Under the pieces are notes generated by a model. The model was not told the origin of the DNA. It searched no databases and worked only from the letters and a program-made list of their open reading frames with translations. Shown piece after piece: positions 1 through 9,500 of a stretch of 64,000 bases of DNA. Position 1 is the stretch's first letter; every line of letters begins with the position of its first letter. Position numbers and translations under genes: made by a program. Source of the stretch: an uncultured Candidatus Saccharibacteria bacterium (lineage in GTDB: Bacteria > Patescibacteriota > Minisyncoccia > UBA6257 > JAGOQP01). Where the stretch lies: contig CAYQSO010000002.1 of NCBI GenBank assembly GCA_964420205.1, positions 7,765 through 71,764 on the forward strand. The letters run 5' to 3'.

Positions 1-861
1 ACCTACTATCTCGTAGTAAACTGTCATACCATCGAAAAGAAACGGATAAATTTTATCAGCAGTTTCTTTCCATACATCAGAATCATAAAAATGAGAAATC
101 TTCCTACTATTAAAATATTCATTTTTAATAACTCTTCTAGAACTATATAGCATACCATATTCTGAATCAATTACATTTATTTTTAATAATTTTAATAATT
201 TTTCTAATAAATTTAATCGCTTCTTAACTAATACTTTTCCTACTATAGCAGATGTTCCGTGATACTTCTCAGTAATTGATATAATATCATCCGGTTTTAA
301 TTTAAATATGTTTTTACCAAGCTGATCCGTATCATAATGTAATCTAAACTGTCCGTCTAATATTTTACTTTCTAATTTTTCACCTTGCGCTTTTTTACCT
401 TTACTAAATCCCGAAACATTTCTTTTAATAACATATTTTTTACATATATTAACCTTATTTATTTCATTAAACTCTTGCCCAACCTCTAATTTATCTTTTA
501 AAGACTCATCAATAAAATCTAATGAATCTAATTCTAAAAATAATCCATTCGAAGCATGTCCTCTAAATTTAACAGCCTTAATCCTACCATTATCTTCAAA
601 ATATCCTGGCTTCTCTGCTTCAGGGTTTATATTTTTCTCTTTATGTCTATATAAGTTATTATTCTTAAGAAATTTATTTGATAACTTACACTCAACGGGA
701 AAATAAATACCCATATCTCCTACTTTAGTATCCTTAGATACTATAACCAAATTACCGAAGATATTTGCATGTTGTACATTATCACAATTATCTAATAAGA
801 TAACCTTAGTTATTTGAACAACAGTTCCACAATAATTATTATTTGTTAATTTTAAATCCAT
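1..861 (-). CDS. RNA ligase (DRB0094/Rnl2-like), runs off the window's left edge
   Basis: Not in the ORF track; translated by hand from ATG at 861: MDLKLTNNNYCGTVVQIT...GDMGIYFPVEC...GRIKAVKFRGHASNGLFL...SITEKYHGTSA. Has nucleotidyltransferase motif I KxHG and a DRB0094-type N-terminal domain. Confidence 0.8.
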   Translation of the reverse strand, partial: MDLKLTNNNYCGTVVQITKVILLDNCDNVQHANIFGNLVIVSKDTKVGDMGIYFPVECKLSNKFLKNNNLYRHKEKNINPEAEKPGYFEDNGRIKAVKFRGHASNGLFLELDSLDFIDESLKDKLEVGQEFNEINKVNICKKYVIKRNVSGFSKGKKAQGEKLESKILDGQFRLHYDTDQLGKNIFKLKPDDIISITEKYHGTSAIVGKVLVKKRLNLLEKLLKLLKINVIDSEYGMLYSSRRVIKNEYFNSRKISHFYDSDVWKETADKIYPFLFDGMTVYYEIVG

Positions 862-976
862 ATTAAACTACATTTCCTTTTAACTCATTACACACTTTAC
901 ACATTGTCTGGTAATTACCCATATAATTCTTAATTTGCACTTGTTCCATTTTTTTCCATTTTTTCTATTCCCTTCC

Positions 977-2020
977 CTAAAACACGTATTCTATTTCATC
1001 AAATTTATCATAAAGAGGTGGTGTAAAAGATTTCATCATATCTAATCTTACACTCACAGGAACAAATTTATTTTCTCTTTGTATATCTCTCTCTGTTATT
1101 ATATCATTACTTGTACAAAACACAATAGCTTTTTTGTAGTATGTATCGGGAACGTTACAAAGTACCTTATTCCTACTTTTAGAAGAAAGATTAGTTCTAT
1201 CTATTACTATATTATCATTATTCTTTAAAGATAACTGAACTCTTTCTGTAAACACACTATCTACTTTTTTGTGGTCTGCTTTTACCCACGCTTCATTGTA
1301 GTTACTTGTTCCACCCTCTTCTAAGACTATATCATCTCTAGAAATAATAGTATAGTTTTCTGTAAAATTTTCTTTCGCATAAGTTGATTTTCCACTACAC
1401 GGAAGACCTATTAACATGATAAATTCATTGTTACAATAATTCTTATCTTTTACAACAAAATATTTATTTAATCTATTAAATATATTATTGGCCTCTCCCA
1501 CAGATAAATACTGCGAAAAATTATTACTTACTTCAGTAAACCTACCATTAGAATCACAATAATAAAAATCAGCTAATGACCTAAGTAAATTTCTATTTCT
1601 ATTAAACTTCTCTTTTATCTTCTTTTCATTATTTTGGATATTTGGTAAATAAGAATGTAAACCAATAATTTCTAATATATACCTCTTACTTTCATTAGAT
1701 AAATGTAATTCGGGTTGATTAAGTATTTCAATAGCTTCAAAAAAACTTACCCCACTATGGCCGTAAAAACGTACTTTATTATCAGTCCTATCATTTCTAA
1801 CAAAACATTTCCCAAGGTCGTGTAAAAGAGCAGCTAATTGTAATCTCTCATCAGCAGAATAAAACTCAGCCATCTTACCTACTAATAAAGAATGAGTCCA
1901 CACATCACCTTCTAAATGATACGGATTTAAGTACTCACTAGAATAATGATGAGTACAACTCTTCATACTCTCTACTAAGTGCGGAAAGTTTTTATGTAAA
2001 AATTTAATATATTTATCCAT
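977..2020 (-). CDS. HD-domain phosphohydrolase fused to a P-loop (polynucleotide kinase-like) domain
   Basis: HLEGDVWTH...AALLHDLGK...FYGH (HD domain as in CCA enzymes); C-terminal GLPCSGKST, ISRDDI and VIDRTN kinase motifs. Confidence 0.8.
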   Translation of the reverse strand: MDKYIKFLHKNFPHLVESMKSCTHHYSSEYLNPYHLEGDVWTHSLLVGKMAEFYSADERLQLAALLHDLGKCFVRNDRTDNKVRFYGHSGVSFFEAIEILNQPELHLSNESKRYILEIIGLHSYLPNIQNNEKKIKEKFNRNRNLLRSLADFYYCDSNGRFTEVSNNFSQYLSVGEANNIFNRLNKYFVVKDKNYCNNEFIMLIGLPCSGKSTYAKENFTENYTIISRDDIVLEEGGTSNYNEAWVKADHKKVDSVFTERVQLSLKNNDNIVIDRTNLSSKSRNKVLCNVPDTYYKKAIVFCTSNDIITERDIQRENKFVPVSVRLDMMKSFTPPLYDKFDEIEYVF

Positions 2021-2498
2021 TAATTGCCCTTTCTAAAAGAGATTCGAAAGCTGCTTCTTCATTACTATACCAAGAATTAGACAACATATCTTTTATCGCA
2101 ATATCTAACATCTTTTCTAAAGTAGTTCTAGTTATATTAGCTTTATCTAACTCTTCTTGAACTCTTACAAGGTCTGCTGTTTTTTGATTAAGAGAATCCA
2201 CATCAGATTTTACTTTTGCTCTAATATTTTTTATTTCTGTCCTTAGCCTACTCTCCTTTTGTTTTAAAAAACTTTCTTTCCTAACTGCATCTCCCACCAT
2301 AACTCTTCCCGAAGTATAATCTATTAATCTTAAATCACACAATTGGGAATGAATTGCCCCCTCAGTTCTTCCAAAATATTTTGCTAATTTCGGTATGGAC
2401 ATACCATTTACAAACATATTTGTAAGTAAGTCTTTTAATTCTTTTGTCCATGGTTCCATGTGATTTCTATACTTCTTTTTCATTTCACTAATTGTCAT
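2013..2498 (-). CDS. hypothetical protein, N-terminal HTH plus coiled coil
   Basis: PWTKE...GMSIPKLAKYFGRTEGAIHSQL helix-turn-helix pattern. Confidence 0.55.
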   Translation of the reverse strand: MTISEMKKKYRNHMEPWTKELKDLLTNMFVNGMSIPKLAKYFGRTEGAIHSQLCDLRLIDYTSGRVMVGDAVRKESFLKQKESRLRTEIKNIRAKVKSDVDSLNQKTADLVRVQEELDKANITRTTLEKMLDIAIKDMLSNSWYSNEEAAFESLLERAING

Positions 2499-2655
2499 TT
2501 TCTTTCTCCCTATACTATTTCAAATAATAACCTAATACTAAGGAATTGAAATTCCTGTCTATTAAATCTTAAATTAATATTTTGTCCAGCCCAACCAAGA
2601 ACAGTTTCGTATTTCTATTTGTTAAGTACTCGATATCTTTTTCGTACTCTAAAAT

Positions 2656-2844
2656 CTATTGTCTTAGTTTATAAATTTCTGCTTTTGCTTTATTTGCAAG
2701 TGTTACTCCTGTCATATGTTTTACCGGTCTTCCAGTCGTACCGCAAACACTGTTCCGAAGCTTATCTTGGTAAAACACATAATAAGATAATAAACCACAA
2801 CCTTGCCTGTCTTCGTAAGGATAACTTATTAACTTCTTTCCCAT
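2656..2844 (-). CDS. hypothetical protein
   Basis: 62 aa ORF with a purine-rich upstream region, co-oriented with neighbours. Confidence 0.45.
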   Translation of the reverse strand: MGKKLISYPYEDRQGCGLLSYYVFYQDKLRNSVCGTTGRPVKHMTGVTLANKAKAEIYKLRQ

Positions 2845-3041
2845 TTTTTCTTCTTCCTATACTCTTGAATATCTACTACACATTTCAAAACAAATATCTT
2901 CTTTATTATAAACTGGCTCATACATTTCAAAATTTTTACACTTATAAGCATACCCACACTTACCTTCCGGTAACGCCCTGCCCCTTTTACAGGTAAAACA
3001 GCACTTATTTTCTTCCTTTTTATATTTATACATTCTACTAC

Positions 3042-3380
3042 CTATAAGTACATAATTGCAAGATAATTTATTAAGAGATGTGCTGTATTGTCTCTAATGA
3101 TATTTATCCAAACTATCAACCAAACTGGTCTATCAGATTTATTACTATTAAAATAGTTTATTATATTATCTATATACTCACCAAATTTAATATGATCTAT
3201 TATAGCATGCGATAAACATATAACGAGCAAAGCTAATGAACTTTGTGTAATAAGTAAAAATGGTAAGATATATGTCGCAGCATGTTGTAATGCTAATCCG
3301 AAATTCTCTTTTTTACCAAGTGCCTGCCTATCTGTTTGTAGCCAATAGTCACCTATCAAATGAGCTATTAATTGCTCCAT
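3042..3380 (-). CDS. DUF3307-like membrane protein
   Basis: AHLIGDYWLQT...HA...SHAIID...DNTAH signature with hydrophobic segments. Confidence 0.7.
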   Translation of the reverse strand: MEQLIAHLIGDYWLQTDRQALGKKENFGLALQHAATYILPFLLITQSSLALLVICLSHAIIDHIKFGEYIDNIINYFNSNKSDRPVWLIVWINIIRDNTAHLLINYLAIMYL

Positions 3381-4050
3381 CTCTTAATTCCTTTTCATAC
3401 TTTGCTAATTTATACGTTATACATGGGGTGCACTTCCCACACTCTATTATTTCTTTATTATCTAAAACAGGTTCTTCACACCACCAACAAAAATCTAAAA
3501 GACCTTCCTCTTCTAATTTATTTATTATCTCCAATTTCCTTTTAAGTGATAAAGGGAGCCTCCAAAGAGTACCTGAACACCCCACCATACGAAATGAATT
3601 ATTAATTATACTTTCTAATTCACTATAAGTATACCATATAGAATCATTATATATATAACCTAAATAAATACTGGTATTATCATCAATAAATGATAGTATA
3701 TTTGAAAACCAATAAAAAAATTGTAACCCTGAAGTAGTTCCTTGTTCTACCCAATTAATTTTAGGTAGTTTTAAATCTATTTTAACTTTAGCATAATTTA
3801 CATTATAACCTAAACTTTTTAAATACTTTTTAAACTTTTTTCTACTTTCTTCTTCTTTTTTTATCTTCTCTGATCTTAATCCCCAAAATTCCACAGAGAC
3901 ACAATTAATAGAATGCCCCTCTTTCTTACCATACTTCTTACAAAGTTCATACAATAATAAAGTAGAATCACACCCACCCGACCAAAGCAATAAGTGTTTT
4001 GTATGACCTGACTCAGGGTAATCTCCCAGATAGAAATAATTTTCTTCCAC
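3349..4050 (-). CDS. QueC-like PP-loop ATPase
   Basis: LLLWSGGCDST PP-loop; C-terminal zinc motif WWC...CGKCTPC. Confidence 0.75.
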   Translation of the reverse strand: MEENYFYLGDYPESGHTKHLLLWSGGCDSTLLLYELCKKYGKKEGHSINCVSVEFWGLRSEKIKKEEESRKKFKKYLKSLGYNVNYAKVKIDLKLPKINWVEQGTTSGLQFFYWFSNILSFIDDNTSIYLGYIYNDSIWYTYSELESIINNSFRMVGCSGTLWRLPLSLKRKLEIINKLEEEGLLDFCWWCEEPVLDNKEIIECGKCTPCITYKLAKYEKELRDGAINSSFDR

Positions 4051-4078
4051 TACTTTCTCCTTTAAAACTATTAAACTA

Positions 4079-4107
4079 AATATATACCACTTATACTACT
4101 TTGTCAA
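4079..4107 (-). promoter_or_regulatory. sigma70-type promoter for the QueC-like operon
   Basis: TTGACA-17 nt-TATATT upstream of the GGAG RBS of ORF 4050. Confidence 0.7.
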
Positions 4108-4113
4108 GCACAA

Positions 4114-4146
4114 ATAAAAATCCCTTAGTAAAATTTTACTAAGGGA
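4114..4146 (-). terminator. intrinsic terminator downstream of the candidate ncRNA
   Basis: Perfect palindrome TCCCTTAGTAAAA/TTTTACTAAGGGA followed by a T-run on the minus strand. Confidence 0.8.
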
Positions 4147-4182
4147 GATTAATTAGAAAGGATTAAAAATGAAAAACAAAAA

Positions 4183-4626
4183 ATTAATAGTATAGGGTGG
4201 ATTCTGGTATACACACCAAGCTTTCACTACACAGTCATTCACCATTATTCCAGCATCTACCCAACTAATACTTGCAATTATTAATTGATAACAGTAGTAG
4301 AGATTTTCACTCTAAAATTTCACATCCAATACCATTTATTCTGTCTACGTAACTGTTTAAGAATGTGGCCTTTGCTACTTTAACCTCGTACAGAATCTTT
4401 TATTGAAGAAAATCTTCAATTAACCACAAGTACTTATATTTCCTTTGCAAGATATTTCAACCTTGTTCCAGATAACTTTCCTAAGATTTACGAGTCTGTT
4501 ATGGCTTATAGTTACTTACTACTTCCTTCGATTCGCTTTTGACAAAGCTATGAAGTCTATTCCAAGACTCTCTCCAGAATACCTTATGTTCTTGATCAAC
4601 ATATTCAGTCACCATACTATTAAATT
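4183..4626 (-). ncRNA. large structured ncRNA, GOLLD-like (about 440 nt)
   Basis: No minus-strand ORF. The 5' end TTAATAGTATGGTG pairs with the 3' end CACCCTATACTATTAA, and GGTATTCTGG pairs with CCAGAATCC. Several internal hairpins; flanked by its own promoter and terminator. Motifs AAGCGAATCG, AGTAACTATAAGC and TGGTGTGTA resemble GOLLD as recalled from memory. Confidence 0.65.
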
Positions 4627-4653
4627 TTCAAAGTTCAACTCAACTATATAAAT

Positions 4654-4682
4654 AGCTTACCATGTTATTTAAATAAAATCAA
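4654..4682 (-). promoter_or_regulatory. sigma70-type promoter driving the candidate ncRNA
   Basis: TTGATT-17 nt-TAAGCT with an extended -10 TG. Confidence 0.5.
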
Positions 4683-5572
4683 CTACTTTTTAAAATATAT
4701 TTCCTAACATCTACTAACAATTTTTCTAAATTTACATGTTCATAGATTCCTGAAGTAGAAAGAGCATTAATTTCTACTACTGCTTCGCACAGGTCACTGC
4801 CACTTGCCCAATAACAAACATCTATAGTGAAGCAATCTAAATCTATATTATGTATAATTTCTTCTACGTTTTCAAAAGTAGATTTAAATGGCTTTGGATC
4901 TATTGCAACAGTATTGTTTACATATAATGAATAAGTAGAAATCTTCTTACCTACTATATAAAACCTGTATTCATACATTATTTCTTTTTCAGTAGATAAA
5001 ACAAGAATTGTATCTTTACTTACTCTAAGGTTATTTAATTTCATCTTCATATCAAATGGACCAAAAGCAACAAATGATTCAAAAATCTTATCGCCTCTAT
5101 CTGGTTTTACAAAAATCCCATTTTTATGTTTCTTAGTATGGGATAGAATACGATCATAATCATGATAAAACTGCTCATAAAAATCCCCCATTAAAGTCCA
5201 CGCTGGTACAAATAAACAATCTTTATTTAATAAAAATTGTTTAAGAATATTGTAATACCTGCTTACGTTATAAAACTCATCAAAACCATAAAATAAAAAA
5301 TTATACCTCTTACCAATACTAGGATAATTTTCAAAATCTATATGTTCTGTAAGCTTTCTAATATTTTGAATACTTGTAAAACCTGTATACAACTGATCTT
5401 TTTTAATGCTAGGGAATTGGTATCTTAAATTATTTGGGCTACTAAAACAAGTTTGCATATCATAAACTTGTCTACTTTTATCACCAAAAGATTTTATTAT
5501 TTGTTTAACTTCCTTAAACTGTTCTTTAGATGAAAATATTATATCTTGTAAAAACCATGTAATCTTAGACAT
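4679..5572 (-). CDS. ATP-grasp domain protein (DUF4343/R2K-like)
   Basis: IFVKP..GDKIF, EYRFYIV, FTIDV and VVEINALSTSGIY motifs. Confidence 0.7.
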   Translation of the reverse strand: MSKITWFLQDIIFSSKEQFKEVKQIIKSFGDKSRQVYDMQTCFSSPNNLRYQFPSIKKDQLYTGFTSIQNIRKLTEHIDFENYPSIGKRYNFLFYGFDEFYNVSRYYNILKQFLLNKDCLFVPAWTLMGDFYEQFYHDYDRILSHTKKHKNGIFVKPDRGDKIFESFVAFGPFDMKMKLNNLRVSKDTILVLSTEKEIMYEYRFYIVGKKISTYSLYVNNTVAIDPKPFKSTFENVEEIIHNIDLDCFTIDVCYWASGSDLCEAVVEINALSTSGIYEHVNLEKLLVDVRKYILKSS

Positions 5573-5610
5573 TACTATTTTCCACTATTTAATATTACTA
5601 TAAATTAAAA

Positions 5611-5682
5611 CACAGGTTAAAAGACTTGAACTCTTACTAAACGGGTTGGAGCCGTTTGTGCTACCGATTACACCAAACCTGC
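5611..5682 (-). tRNA. tRNA-Trp (CCA anticodon), 3' CCA not encoded
   Basis: GCAGGTT acceptor pairs with AACCTGT; D arm GTGTAATCGGTAGCAC; anticodon arm AACGG-CTCCAAC-CCGTT; T arm AAGAG-TTCAAGT-CTTTT. Confidence 0.9.
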
Positions 5683-5684
5683 AA

Positions 5685-5846
5685 AATAAAACAGTAGTTT
5701 TTCATCAATACGGAACTATAAAACTACCAAAAATAGTCAGCGATTCTTTAACTAGTATTATTCGCTTAGGAACTTTGTTCAAAGTCTTAACAACCTTTAT
5801 CTTGTTAAGCACTTATCTAGAACAGGGAGAAACACTACCGTCTATT
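5685..5846 (-). ncRNA. candidate ~160 nt structured RNA upstream of tRNA-Trp
   Basis: 5' AATAGACGGTAGTGTTTC pairs with 3' GAAAAACTACTGTTTTATT. Internal pairings CTTAACAA/TTGTTAAG, TGTTC/GAACA and AGCGA/TCGCT. Confidence 0.45.
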
Positions 5847-5852
5847 AATATT

Positions 5853-5881
5853 ATAATAGCAAATTAAATATACTATGTCAA
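5853..5881 (-). promoter_or_regulatory. sigma70-type promoter
   Basis: TTGACA-17 nt-TATTAT (overlapping TATAAT), just upstream of the 160 nt RNA and tRNA. Confidence 0.75.
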
Positions 5882-5891
5882 GCCTAAATTT

Positions 5892-6539
5892 TTAAAATTC
5901 TATCCCTTTTCTCGCAGGAATGGTTATTAACGTTGCCCCGCAATTAGGACAATAATTACTCCTATATTCAAAACTTCTTTTACAGACCTCACAATGCTTA
6001 TCGAAATAATGTTTAACACATCTAATGTCTGAAAATAAATCTGATATGTCTTTTATTTTATCATATAAAGAGTCTGACCATATCCTACCCGTTAAAACAA
6101 GCTCAAGATTAGATGGTTTTTCTCTTATAAAATCAAAAAACTGTTTCTGAGTAAGTAACCCAAGATTTAAAGCAGGTAATACTTCATCTAAAATCAAGAT
6201 ATTGAACGGGTGCTCATTATTTTCAGTGAGGGTTAGTTTTTCTACCATCAACGACCACGTATTTTGAACGAGCTCTTTATCTTCAGAAGTTTTATTATGT
6301 TCCATTACAATTCTATTAGAGTTATGAGACTGGATTATTGTTATTTTATCTTGGAAAAGACCACACGTCTTTATTTCACCATACTCTGTGTTGTCATCCC
6401 CTTTTAAAAATTGAACAATAAAAACTTTCCAATTTTTAGCTATTGACCGAAACGCAAGTCCAAAAGCACTAGTAGTCTTCCCTTTCCCTGAACCCGTATA
6501 GGTTTGTATGAACCCGTGATTTTTTAATTCATGTCCCAA
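5892..6539 (-). CDS. btuR: cob(I)alamin adenosyltransferase (CobA/CobO/BtuR) with C-terminal zinc ribbon
   Basis: YTGSGKGKTTSAFGLAFR, IVQFLKG, ILDEV, ELVLTGR, KHYF...ARKGIEF; inserted CEVC...CPNCG. Confidence 0.9.
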   Translation of the reverse strand: MGHELKNHGFIQTYTGSGKGKTTSAFGLAFRSIAKNWKVFIVQFLKGDDNTEYGEIKTCGLFQDKITIIQSHNSNRIVMEHNKTSEDKELVQNTWSLMVEKLTLTENNEHPFNILILDEVLPALNLGLLTQKQFFDFIREKPSNLELVLTGRIWSDSLYDKIKDISDLFSDIRCVKHYFDKHCEVCKRSFEYRSNYCPNCGATLITIPARKGIEF

Positions 6540-6556
6540 AATCCATACCTACCTTT

Positions 6557-9500
6557 CTAACGTATGGGGCATACCCCATTTTCACAATCACTACCTAAAT
6601 CATCATCTAAATTATATTGTTTTTCATATTTAGCTATCAATTCGGGTGTTATTTTACCAAATTGTTTATTTAACTTATTATATTCTTCTTCTGTAATTGC
6701 TTCATAAGGGGCTAAAGGGTATTTAGCATCATACAAAGGTAAAAAAGATATTCCAACAAAATCATCCCAATTCTCATAAACCCAATCTATTACACCTGCC
6801 CATTCATTATCTCGAACAGTAACCGTGATAGATGTGTTATGGTCTGTGTAATTTCTCATGAACATTTTATAAGTTTCTAATTGTTCTATTGCACTAATAT
6901 CATATTTATTTTTACCTTCGGGTGACTTTACATAAAAATCTATTACATTAGTATCACAAGTTTCAGGGTCCTGTCCTACTTCAGGTGATATATTATATCC
7001 CAATTCTTCTGCTACTTTTAATAAAGGGTCCCCTGAATTAATTCGCACTCTTCTAATATAGTAAGGGGAGTGTGAATGATGAACACCCGGAGATATAGTG
7101 GGAAGTAAACTAAGTGTTCCAGAAGGTTTAATTGTAGTGACTAACTTAGGGGTATTTCTTCCTAGGGAATTTGCTATTTTAGTTGCTTCCGTACGTGCTG
7201 TTTCTCTTAGGAGTTTTAAAATAGATACTTGGTTCTCTTCCGACTTATCGTAGAGTAAATTCACTGCGTCTTGCCACCCACTTAAAGCTACCCCTAGTAA
7301 CATATGTTCTTCTTGGACTTTTTTCCATTCTGGTAACTCAATATTTACACAAGCCATTCTATACGAAGCACGTGTAAACGTCCTAACAGCATTTAATATT
7401 TCTTCATTAAGCTCCCCATCTTTTACAAAAGATTTTACATTAATCTCTACTAAATTACAAAATCCTTTAGAAGGTAAAAGTATCTCACAATTATGAACCA
7501 TAAAACCATTTACTATGCCCCAATGAGATAAAGGTTCTTCGAAATCAAAAACATCATGCTCCCCTATATGAGAAATATCTTCTATCGTAACAGTATTATA
7601 GTCACGTATTGAATCATTTTTCTTACAGTAAGACTGAAAAATCAAGCATTTACCTTTTAAATCCTTTGCTTTGCAATTTGAACCATCCTCAAGCATAAAA
7701 ATATGGTCTTCTGTACATTTTATAATTCTATTATTAGACATTTTTAACCTAATACAAGGTTTACGACCAGTAAACCAAACTTTGCCTTGTGATATATTTC
7801 CATCAGCATTTATTATATCTATTTGCTTCTCATTCAGTTCTTTAAAAGTTTTATAACCTTTTGATGTCAATAATTTCATATCCCCCGTAAAACAACAGGG
7901 ATTTAGCCCTTCCATAGTAGGGAGTCTACGTTGAGCCTCTTGTTTATTAATAAAGCCAGGTTCACCTGTAGTTTTTATACTGTTAAATATTTCTACCAAC
8001 TCTTCTTTCGACGGTCTTTTATTGAATAGAATACTATTGTTGCTCGATACCCTATGTGTTTTGTTTGGGTCAGATACCCACGCACCATCTTCATTTTGAT
8101 AGTAAATACCTTGTTTAGCCAGTCTCACGTCTTCATCGTCTTTATCAAATAAACAAACTAATGCAGTCCTTCTTACACCCCCAACCTGAACTGCGCATCC
8201 TACTAAATTACATATATCTAAAATGTCTATAGTTTTTAAACTACCATTAGACCTACTTACAATACCTATAATTTTCTCAAACAATATTTTAAGGGGGACA
8301 TGCCCACTTGCATAACCACCAAAAGTTTTTAAGGGGGCGCCTTCAGGTCTAACATTATCGAAGTCTACTAATATAGTAGATAATAGAGGGTTCTCTAAAC
8401 ATTTGAACAAGTACCTTAAGGCACCTACCCAACCCTCCTTAGAATCCCCTACAACAATAGTAGCGACGTTACCTGTGGTTTGTAATGTACTAAACTCTTC
8501 TTTATCTATTTTTTCAGAATATTCTTTAGATAATATTCTAATACTTGTATTTAAATTAGAAAAAGCACTAATATTTTCTATTACATCTAAAAAACCAACC
8601 CCACAACCTAATAAGAGGAGATAAAATAACTCACAGATATCTTCTGTATTATCTATTTTTGTAAAAGAACAATTTTTAGTCAATATATTATTCGCCAGAG
8701 TAAATGATTCTGTTTCTGGTTCAACAACACACCAAACATCTTCTATAATATCTGTTTCTTCTACACCTTTCACAACCCACGAAGGTTCAAAACTTGTTTC
8801 TTTTACACTTGACTTATGTTTACTATTCAAAAAGAAATCATCTGGTACATGTTTTGAATATAAATTCAATCTATAATTCGGAGCGTATTCTCCAGTATAC
8901 GGTGAAAGTTCTCTATTTAATTCAACTTTTCCACAATCAATACCTAATATAGAAAATATACTTTTAATATGGTCTAATGTGTTTTTATTAGAATTACTTA
9001 TTGAGATATTACTCTTGTAATAAGACCCATCTGTGGCAAATAAGCCCATCACAAACCCCATTAAATATTCCACATTAGAGTTCAGAGATGGGAGATTTTT
9101 CCATGTATTTGGTAGGCCATATATCACTTTCTGGTTATATTTTCCAGCGGTACATTGAGACCCTGTTGTAAAATATAATGCAAGTTCCTGCTTATTATCT
9201 ACTAAATGAACCCTACAATGGTTCATTTTTTTATTATATGTCCCATCTCCAAAAACCATACCATGTTGTATCCCAACAGAACACGGAACTATATTAGTTT
9301 GTTCATATCTTCTTTTCTCTCTCAAAATATCGCCATTTTTTAACTCATTAGTAGTCTTAACAATAAATTTTTTCTCAGACTTGTACCTTTTTACATACCA
9401 CCTATGATTTTCTGTAGTGTAAATAATATCTTCTCTTTTACCTCTACCAACAATCAACTTTACCAATTTAGACTTTCCGAAATTTCTAATAGTAGCAGTT

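Noticed and set aside
4191-4215. Plus-strand GGGTGGATTCTGG resembling a tmRNA 5' end
   Set aside because: No T-arm/CCA 3' end is present, and the promoter and terminator point to the minus strand.
4190-4290. RNase P RNA-like words in the large RNA (GGGTAGATGCTGGA, TGAATGACTG, CAGAATCC)
   Set aside because: No 5' GAGGAAAGTCC strand able to form P4 with the 3' end and no P2 partner were found, so rnpB is not called.
977-6559. TAG recoding (alternative genetic code)
   Set aside because: TAG ends conserved genes at their correct C-termini (for example NrdJ CPIR*), and long genes have no in-frame TAG.
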